Shown here: in pieces, positions 1-7,411 of the stretch
How positions within the stretch are numbered: position 1 is the stretch's first letter
Layout of the letters: the number at the start of each line of letters is the position of its first letter
DNA from: Octopus sinensis
Taxonomy: Eukaryota
Assembly: GCF_006345805.1 (NCBI RefSeq)
Contig: NW_021827042.1
Coordinates: forward strand, 1-11,363
Direction: 5' to 3'
Length of the DNA: 11,363 nucleotides
Translations under genes and position numbers: made by a program
Notes under the pieces: model-generated
The model's database searches: none
Told to the model about the DNA's origin: nothing
What the model saw: the letters and a program-made list of their open reading frames with translations, nothing else

Positions 1-68
1 ACTGGGATTGATCTGATCGACTAGTCCCCTCTCCCAATATTTCAGGCTTTGTGCCTTTAGTTGAAGGG
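1..68 (+). mobile_element. 3' fragment of a tRNA-derived SINE, truncated by the window start
   Basis: ACTGGGATTGATCTGATCGACT (1-22) resembles ACTGGGGTCGATGTAATCGACT of the SINE at 4565-4586. A different 3' segment follows and runs straight into (ATT)n. Confidence 0.55.
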
Positions 69-72
69 ATTA

Positions 73-124
<52 letters not shown>

Positions 125-148
125 TATATTATTATTATTATTTATTAT
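69..148 (+). repeat. (ATT)n microsatellite, probably the SINE tail and LINE target
   Basis: Directly visible ATT tandem; explains the poly-Tyr ORF at 61-255. Confidence 0.95.
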
Positions 149-954
149 CATCAATGGTTTCCTTTCCTTATAACTTTATTTCAGCTGCCTTTGTACTGGG
201 CATCGATTGGAGGCCAAGAGTAACAAGGGCACTTTTGTTTTGCTATACATGCTAAAATTATCACATGTACCCATCAAGGTTATCGTTTGTAGTTCACGGA
301 GTTACCAGGGAGTTGCTTAATATACTTCACAGCTCCCTTCTTTATCATTCCCAATGCACCAATTACTACTGGTATTATCGTAGTACTAAGCTTCCATATC
401 TTTGTGATTTCAATTTGCAGATCTTTATAGTGAGAAAGCTTTTCGTATTTGTTTTCTTGAGACATTTTGATCTTGTGAGAGAGACATATCTATTAACAGA
501 CAAATTCCTCTGTTGTAGTCCTCGATTACAATGTCTGGTCGATTGGAGTCAATTTTCCCTTCTATTTCTATTGGTAAGTTCCAACGGTGGTGACGCCCTC
601 GCCATTTACTACATCATCCGGATGGTGCCTGCACCACTTACCATGGGATTTAATTTTGTAGTATTTACAAGCATTCCTGTGGATATACTGCCCTAGTCTG
701 TCATGTCTTACGAGGTACCCCTTTTCAGCGAGGACTGGGCAACCAGAAACAACATGATCAATTGTCTCTGTGAAGTTTCAGTAAATTCTGCACGAGGGGG
801 TCAAATCCATCTTTAAGAATGTTTGCATTGTAGTTTCTCGTAGGTAAGCTCTGATCTTGCGCTGCAATAAGAAAACATTCTGTTTCCCTTTTCAGACCTG
901 TCTCTTGTAGCCATCGATGTGTTAGATTTTGATCAATATCTGACTGGACAGGCG
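149..954 (-). mobile_element. 5'-truncated decayed RLE non-LTR retrotransposon (R4/Dong-like), copy A
   Basis: Manual minus-strand translation across frameshifts: DIDQNLTHRWLQETGLKRETECFLIAAQDQSLPTRNY; degenerate CCHC knuckle CRIY*NFTETIDHVVSGC; WNLPIEIEGKIDSNRPDIVIEDYNRGICLLIDMS (RLE PD..D motif); EKLSHYKDLQIEITKIWKLSTTIIPVVIGALG. About 100 nt of 3' UTR then (TAA)n. Confidence 0.88.
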
Positions 955-1133
955 TATTATTATTATATTAATTAGTATTCTTATTATTATTATTATTTAT
1001 TATTATTATTATATTATTATTATATTATCATTATCATTATTATTATTATTTATTATTATTATTATTAGTTATATATTATTATTATAGGATGTTGTTGTTG
1101 TGTTGTTGCTGTTGTTGTTGTTTGTTGTTTGTT
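955..1133 (+). repeat. Degenerate (ATT)n (955-1086) followed by (GTT)n (about 1090-1133)
   Basis: Directly visible tandem trinucleotides. Confidence 0.92.
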
Positions 1134-1556
1134 AATTATTATTTGTTATTATATGTTGACTTTGCTTTGTATTTGTACAATTTGACTCCAAATCTCACCC
1201 AGAGACCTCAAAAGACAACAAGATAGAAGTTAGTGTTATGCCTAGGGTGTCATATATTTGGTTTTGCACATAGTATTGGTCTAGACAATATTTAAGAAAA
1301 CAAGAAAATTATGAGTTCATTTTAAAATTTGAGGTTACATAGAAAGTATTTTACGTAGGATATGGGCAGTTCCCATGAGCATTCGCTTTTGAATTTCTAC
1401 CATTTTGGGGTTTCCTGGTATCTGAGCTTGGTAGCAATCAGCCCCTTTTGCTATCATTCCTAAGGCACCTATGACAACAGGTATTGTTTTACTCATCAGG
1501 TTCCACATTTTGCCAATTTCTATTTCAAGATCTTTATACTTGCTCAGTTTTTGGTA
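1134..1556 (-). mobile_element. 3' end fragment of a second RLE non-LTR retrotransposon, copy B
   Basis: QKLSKYKDLEIEIGKMWNLMSKTIPVVIGALGMIAKGADCYQAQIPGNPKMVEIQKRMLMGTAHILRKILSM*, stop at 1337-1335. Hand count gives 32/47 aa identical to copy A over KLS..PGN. The 3' UTR differs from A and ends in AAT/AAC repeats. The ORF's MRLCRHL start appears unrelated. Confidence 0.85.
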
Positions 1557-1643
1557 GGAGAGGTGTCTACATAATCTCATGGCTCCAGTCGTTTGATTAA
1601 GCTTTGTGCAATGGCCATTCTCGATAACGAGGGGGCAGCCACC

Positions 1644-1818
1644 ATGTATGTATGTATGTATGTATGTATGTATGTATGTATGTATGTATGTATGTATGTA
1701 TGCATGTATGTATGTATGTATGTATGTATGTATGTATGTATGTATGCATGTATGTATGTATGTATGTATGTATGTATGTATGTATGTATGTATGAATGTA
1801 TGTATGTATGTATGTATG
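1644..1818 (+). repeat. (TATG)n microsatellite
   Basis: Directly visible; source of the MYVC and YIHT ORFs. Confidence 0.97.
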
Positions 1819-2596
1819 TGCAGATTTGTATGTTTTGCTTTATGTATGTATTCTCATGCATATAGTTACATATCTAGACGTGCTTTTATATATTTAAATG
1901 ATAAACCTCGGGAAAGTTTTCCAGATTTTTCCAGTTCCACTGATGGATTGATCTGTAGTCTTCGAATCAGCTTTCTCCTTTCTGGTTTTGAGAAGACTAA
2001 TTTCTCAAGATTGGTATTTTGGCAGTGTGTTACATATCCCAGGGCCCCAATAATTACAGGTATAAACCTGAACTTGTAATCTGAATAGAGTAACTGCAGA
2101 TTTCTCAATAGTTTAGCATAGGTATTCTCTGATCTTCAGCTTTATGCTAACACCCGCAGGGCAGCTAATTGCCACAACTGTGCACAGTTTCTCTTCTCTA
2201 TCTCAAATCATTATATCTGGTCTGTTGTGCTTACATTTCATTGAGGTCTTCACTGGAACATCCCACCACTACTCCTTTCTATTATGAGTGGCTATGGCTT
2301 CTACCATATTGTGGGTTCTTATTTCTCTGTTCTCGGGATTATCCTTCCGACGGATTTCATTATAGAGTGTCCTAGCTACAACGTCATGTCCAATCGGTAG
2401 ATAATACAGTGATGACATTTTCGGACAACTGCTTATGATGTGAGTGATGATACGTTGCGGTAGAGTCGTGTGACTTCTTTGGGCATGTATTCTAGGTTAT
2501 TAGACAAAGAGTGTTGCTCAAGGAGCTACCTTCCAAGTCTTATGATGTTATCAGCCTCATGTATGCAAACTTGGTCAACGGATGCACTTCGACACT
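1819..2596 (-). mobile_element. Third, more divergent RLE non-LTR retrotransposon fragment, copy C (5'-truncated, internally deleted)
   Basis: Minus-strand translation: ITHIISSCPKMSSLYYLPIGHDVVARTLYNE...E*WWDVPVKTSMKCKHNRPDIMI*DREEKLCTVVAISCPA, frameshift, ENTYAKLLRNLQLLYSDYKFRFIPVIIGALGYV, and probable true end SISGTGKIWKTFPRFII* (TAA at 1896-1894). 2455-2596 reads in a nearly open frame and is assigned to the same element by inference. Confidence 0.82.
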
Positions 2597-2622
2597 TGTA
2601 TGTATGTATGTATGTATGTATG

Positions 2623-2680
<58 letters not shown>
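2597..2680 (+). repeat. (TGTA)7, a short TA run, then (TG)n
   Basis: TGTA x7 at 2597-2624 and TG run at 2631-2680. Confidence 0.96.
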
Positions 2681-2685
<5 letters not shown>

Positions 2686-3260
2686 AACAATATAAAACGA
2701 ACTGAGCAGTGCATCCCTAGACATGTTCAATAGCCTGATTTATTCCTAATACGAGTATATTACATGACTTAATAGGTAACATCGTGTAAATTTGTATTGT
2801 TACTTAATTACTCATTTTATTAAGTGGTATTTTGTCAGGTATTTTCCAGGTGATAACTTACCAAATATTTTGACGAAATATTTTCAATGAGAAAAGAGGA
2901 ATTCTATGACAAAGCAGAGTGAAATTCAGCATCAATGGAAATTGGCGACGAATCGGAACTCTCGATTTCACAGTCAACCATAACGGTAAGCAGAACTTTG
3001 TTGATCAAGCCCTGCAAATAACTCTTGGATTCCTTCCCTGAACGCCCTATTTGTGTCTTTAGATACACTGAACCGCAAAAGAGACACGAGACGTGTGTGA
3101 CTGTGAAATGTTTTAATTTCATTATGTCAGAGATAATATTTAATAAATCTGATGATAAAGTCAATTTCTTGGATGCACCTTGACCACAGTCTATGGGTCG
3201 TTGTCTTGTGTTCTGGTGGTGAGCGGATCCAGCACATCTAGATTGTAGGGCGCGACATGT

Positions 3261-4227
3261 TCAATACCGTGTACGCCCTCTCTGGGAGTTCAAAACGGCC
3301 GTATACAGTCGGTACATGGAGTGAATGAGGCGGTTCAGAAAAGCCATTGGCACTTGTGCCCACACTAAGGAAAGATGCCTCCAGTTCCACTTGGGACCAC
3401 CTGGTTCAGCCGTCTCTAGATTTCATCCCACAAGTGTTCAATTGGGTTCAAATCCGGGTTGAGAGCCGGCCACAGCATGGTTCTGATGTTGTGCTGACGC
3501 AAGAAGTCCATGGTTACCCTGGCCGCCTGGGTGGGAGCATTGTCCTGCTGGAATACATGACTATGTTGACGCACGAAGAAGAGCACGATGTGAGGTCTTA
3601 GGACCTGGTCAACGTAGCGCTGCGCTGTGATGCCATTTCCTCTGCCTGTACCAACATTTTGGAACACATGCGGCCCAATTCTCTGATTCAAGCCTATAGC
3701 ACCCCAAACCATGATTCTTTGGTCACCCCACGCATGCGTCTCTGTAGCGTCCACTCTCTACTTTCTGAGGTGGAAGCGCAGCACCAGCTCTCGTCAGAGA
3801 AGACTATCGACCTCCATTGTTGATGCTGTCAATGTCGGTGCTGTGTAGACCTCTGTAGGTGTGCCTGACGGTGGCGGATGGTGAGGGCAGCAACGCAGGT
3901 TGTTGGCAGCCAGTCAACGTCGTGCCGTGTCGTTGCTGGAGGGTCGCTGTCCAGTGCCAATGGTCTCGCGAGCTGTTATGCTGGCCGGTCGGAAGCGATC
4001 ACGGAGGTGTTGCAGGTGGATGAAGCGATCCTAGTTGGGTGTAGTCACTCGGGGGTGCTCTCTGCGGGCAAGGTCTGCAGTACTGTTGGTGTGCTGGTGT
4101 ATCGCTGTTGTAGGCGATAAATGGTGCTGACATGGACATTGTAAGCTTTCGCAACAACCAGGGCACGCTGCCATGCTTGCAATCGGTCGATAGCCCGTTC
4201 ACTCTGCACTGCTGACGATCGGGTCAT
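3261..4227 (-). pseudogene. Tc1 DD34E transposase pseudogene with stops, frameshifts and deletions
   Basis: N-terminal HTH MTRSSAVQSERAIDRLQA..VAKAYNVHVSTIYRL; PRVTTPN*DRFIHLQHLRDRF; WRSIVFSDES (first D); IMVWGAIG; FQQDNAP to NPDLNPIE with 34 residues between D and E; C-terminus SMYRLYTAVLNSQRGRTRY* (TGA at 3263-3261). Confidence 0.92.
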
Positions 4228-4399
4228 ACCTGACGCGTCCAAATTATGAATTCCAGGAACATTGTTCAAGTTGATTTTTATCCCGCATAACCTCCACGAG
4301 ATGCACGTGCATTTCGATTTTCATGGCAATTGTTTGCGACTGCCACCCACGGTATTCAACGCAGCTGTGCTTTGGCATCTCGTTTGAGGGAAAGTTGAA

Positions 4400-4669
4400 A
4401 GGTTACCTGCAATTTGGGTAAGGCGGCGAGCTGGCAGAATCGTTAGCACGCCGGGCGAAATGCTTTGCAGTATTTTGTCCGCCGCTGCGTTCTGAGTTCA
4501 AATTCCGCCAAGGTCGACTTTGCCTTTCATCCTTTCGGGTCGATAAATTAAGTACCAGTTACGCACTGGGGTCGATGTAATCGACTTAATACCTATGTCT
4601 GTCCTTGTTCGCCCCCTCTATGTTTAGCCCCTTGTGGTAATAAAGAAATAGGTTACCTGCAATTTGGGT
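4400..4669 (+). repeat. Target-site duplication AGGTTACCTGCAATTTGGGT (4400-4419 and 4650-4669)
   Basis: Perfect 20-bp direct repeat flanking the SINE. Confidence 0.95.
4420..4649 (+). mobile_element. Full-length tRNA-derived SINE inserted in the Tc1 5' region
   Basis: A-box-like TGGCAGAATCGT (4432-4443) and B-box GAGTTCAAATTCC (4494-4506). The central block GCCTTTCATCCTTTCGGGTCGATAAATTAAGTACCAG resembles Meta/Sauria-type SINE cores (from memory). A second copy lies at 11249-11363. Confidence 0.88.
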
Positions 4670-5309
4670 CCCAGCCATAAACGAGCATGTTTTGGAATAT
4701 TTACACTTAGATCGCCGAAATAAATTTTCCGAAATTACCATATAAAAATGACAATTTGAAAAGATCGCGTTTCTTTTGCGGTTCACTGTATATAACATGC
4801 ATCAGGCCAGGTATGGAGGCATTCGCCGTTGCAGTGCATTGCTAGATTCACCATTTGTTGGTTTATTCCCGAGTCATTCTGGGCAACGCGTCGAGCAGCA
4901 CACCCCAGTCAGTCCCCATCTCTGCGAGTTACCTCCTTATTTGCTTTGACTTCTAGACAGTTTTTTTTTTATTTCTGACTGCTAATTCCATTTTATGGTT
5001 TTAATGGATTCTCCCATGTATGACTGTTAAAAAACTGTTTAGATTATTTTATTTTAATTTTCATTTCCATGGCTTTTTATTCCATTCAAAAGAAGCATTT
5101 CTTCCTCTCACCATGTAGTTCCATTAAAAACGTCCTCTCATGACTTTACTCGATGTCCACTCATCACAGCTTACACATATGCATTATTCGATGTCTGTAA
5201 ACATAGACATCGAACGTCTAGCAAGGTGACCATTGATAGTTTCATTTCTATCTGAATACGTAAATGTTTAGTTAAGCGTGTTTTTTTAAGAGAATAATTT
5301 ACCAATGTT

Positions 5310-6250
5310 AACGAATGCGTTCATGAATGTTATGGACGTATTTATGAATGCATTTATAAATATAGGGCAGGAGTGGCTGTGTAGTAAGTAGCTTGTTTAC
5401 CAACCACATGGTTCCGGGTTCAGTCCCACTGCGTGGCATCTTGGGCAAGTGTCTTCTGCTATAGCCTCGGGCCGACCAAAGCCTTGTGAGTGGATTTGGT
5501 AGACGGAAACTGAAAGAAGCCCGTCGTATATATGTATATATATATATATATATATGTGCGTGTGTGTTTGTGTGTCTGTGTTTGACCCCCTAGCATTGCT
5601 TGACAACCGATGCTGGTGTGTTTATGTCCCCGTTACTTAGCGGTTCAGCAAAAGAGACCGATAGAATAAGTACTAGGCTTACAAAGAATAAGTCCCGGGG
5701 TCGAGTTGCTCGACTAAAGGCGGTGCTCCAGCATGGCCACAGTCAACTGACTGAAACAAGTAAAAGAGTAAAAGAGTAAAGAATATATAATGAATATTAT
5801 GAACGCATTTGTGATTGTGTCTATGGAGGTTATGAATGTGTTTATGAATGCTATGAACGTTTGTGAATGCATTTATAAATATTATGAATGCATTTGTAAA
5901 ATGCGTTTACGGAGGTTATGAATGTATTCATAAACGCGTTTATGAATGCGTTTTTGAATGCGCTTCAATGCGTTTATGAATGCTATGAACGTTTGTGAAT
6001 GCATTTATAAATATTATGAATGCATTTGTGAAATGCGTTTACGGAGGTTATGAATGTATTCATAAACGCGTTTATGAATGCGTTTTTGAATGCGCTTGAA
6101 TGCGTTTATGAATGCTATGAACGTTTGTGAATGCATTTATAAATATTATGAATGCATTTGTGAAATGCGTTTACGGAGGTTATGAATGTATTCATAAACG
6201 CGTTTATGAATGCGTTTTTGAATGCATTTATGAAAACTATGAATGTGTTT
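5310..6250. repeat. Minisatellite of about 12-bp TTTATGAATGC(G/A) monomers with a 132-bp higher-order unit (starts 5841, 5973, 6105), interrupted by the SINE at 5365-5782
   Basis: Unit starts are exactly 132 nt apart, with about 2.9 near-identical copies. Degenerate monomers continue on both sides of the SINE. Confidence 0.92.
5365..5782 (+). mobile_element. tRNA-derived CORE-like SINE with an internal TA/TG microsatellite
   Basis: A-box-like TGGCTGTGTAGT (5374-5385), B-box GGGTTCAGTCCC (5416-5427), CORE-like CTTGGGCAAGTGTCTTCT, internal (TA)n/(TG)n at about 5527-5580, and a short tandem AGTAAAAG tail. Confidence 0.82.
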
Positions 6251-6380
6251 ACGTTAAGACTTTCAGAAGAATACATTGTCCACACATCCGTGATCCTCGT
6301 TTTTCTACACTCACTTGAGTGTTTGTTCATTTAAAGCACCTACTCATCCAATTTGTTCGCCTCCTTATAAAACAGAATTG

Positions 6381-6665
6381 GGATTATAAAAAATTTCGCC
6401 GTGAACATTTTGCCGTAGGAAAATTCCCCTTAAGAAAATTCGTTTTAAATGATTACTTAACGTTTTCTTTTTTTTTTTTTAATAAAGATTTCTCTATTTA
6501 ATGCTTTAATAAAATCTTTTGTCAATCATTTTTTTTTTATTTTAAAATTTTAAAACACGCTAATATCATTGGCCATATGGCGAATTTGTTTTAATGAGAA
6601 TTTTCTTATACGGAAAATTTCTTCCGGTCAATTTTCCGGAGGCGCAAAAAATGAACCCTTAATCC
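6381..6665. mobile_element. Candidate decayed foldback/MITE with long imperfect TIRs
   Basis: Ends GGATTA (6381-6386) and TAATCC (6660-6665). TAAGAAAATTC (6431-6441) is the exact reverse complement of GAATTTTCTTA (6598-6608), with patchy complementarity over about 70 nt. The centre is AT-rich and no TSD was found. Confidence 0.4.
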
Positions 6666-7411
6666 GTGACGACATGTGTTTGCTGATATTACTTAATTCC
6701 AGTTTTGTAGCTTTTATTGAACGAGAAATTAATCAAGTCCTCTACCGTGAACTCAGAACAGGCAAAAGATCACGTGATTTCTCTATGCGACGCTACTAAG
6801 ATCACCCGAATTAAACGATGAAAAGCAATGACGTCAACTTTACATCCAGAGAATAAAAGGTAAAAGGCAGAACAACAACGCGGCACACCGTCATGGTTGA
6901 TGTAGAAGCATCGTCAAAACAAATGAAGTAGAAATACAGCTACGTCGAAAGACCTGGCAACTCCAACAAACTCCTCAACTGACAATCAGATGTAATTTCT
7001 GAGGACAATTGTTCCATATATATATTCGTATACATTTTCTGCTTTCTTCCAAGGAATCTAATGCTCTTAGCTTAGTTTTTCCTTGGGGCTGGCCAGATTG
7101 GAGGAATCTCGAATATAACCAGCCGAAATTGCAAAGATAATGTGGAACTCGACTGAGGAAAGAAAACTTCGAATGACCCAAACTTGTGTTCTTTGTATCG
7201 TCTGTCTGGGAGTTTTGATCACCAAGTTGTGTGGATGTTTTGCGATCTTGTCCTATTTTTGTATTTTATTTTATATTTATATATATATATATGAATTTAA
7301 ATAATAAGCATAAAAAACTGAATATTAATTTCATTAACATCAATTTAAACCAGTGGCCTAGCATACTAAAAATATCTGAAGATAAAGAAAAAATTATATT
7401 ACATACATATA

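Larger units (their letters stand above)
3066..4788 (-). mobile_element. Tc1-family DNA transposon, both ends present, decayed
   Basis: Left end TA|CACTGAACCGCAAAAGAGACACGA (TA at 3064-3065). Right end reverse complement TA|CAGTGAACCGCAAAAGAAACGCGA (TA at 4789-4790). TIRs match 21/24 nt and enclose a transposase remnant. Confidence 0.93.

Noticed and set aside
2850-2990. Possible plus-strand exon (TTTTCCAG acceptor near 2849, GTAAG donor at 2986)
   Set aside because: All three frames after the acceptor hit stops within about 45 nt. A non-coding exon cannot be assessed without RNA data.
2904-3164. 86-aa minus-strand ORF
   Set aside because: It starts inside the Tc1 3' non-coding region, crosses the TIR, and shows no recognisable domain.
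265-4120. Plus-strand ORFs 265-696, 2169-2375, 3347-3601 and 3878-4120
   Set aside because: They are antisense shadows of the LINE and Tc1 coding remnants.
5187-5221. Hairpin TTCGATGTCT/AGACATCGAA followed by CTAG, suggesting a Helitron 3' end
   Set aside because: The spacer to CTAG is only 3 nt, the next base is C rather than T, and no matching 5' end or other Helitron evidence was found.
4420-5430. tRNA genes at the A/B-box motifs (4432-4506 and 5374-5427)
   Set aside because: No convincing cloverleaf. Both continue into SINE bodies, so they are SINE heads.
5841-6222. CRISPR-like array or repeat protein (132 bp equals 44 codons, open on both strands)
   Set aside because: Units are contiguous with no unique spacers and no cas genes, in a eukaryotic context. 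The open frames follow from monomer composition.
6960-7230. Segment that looks like a fragment of another interspersed repeat
   Set aside because: No protein motif, terminal structure or second copy in the window supports a call. It needs a RepeatMasker or BLAST search.
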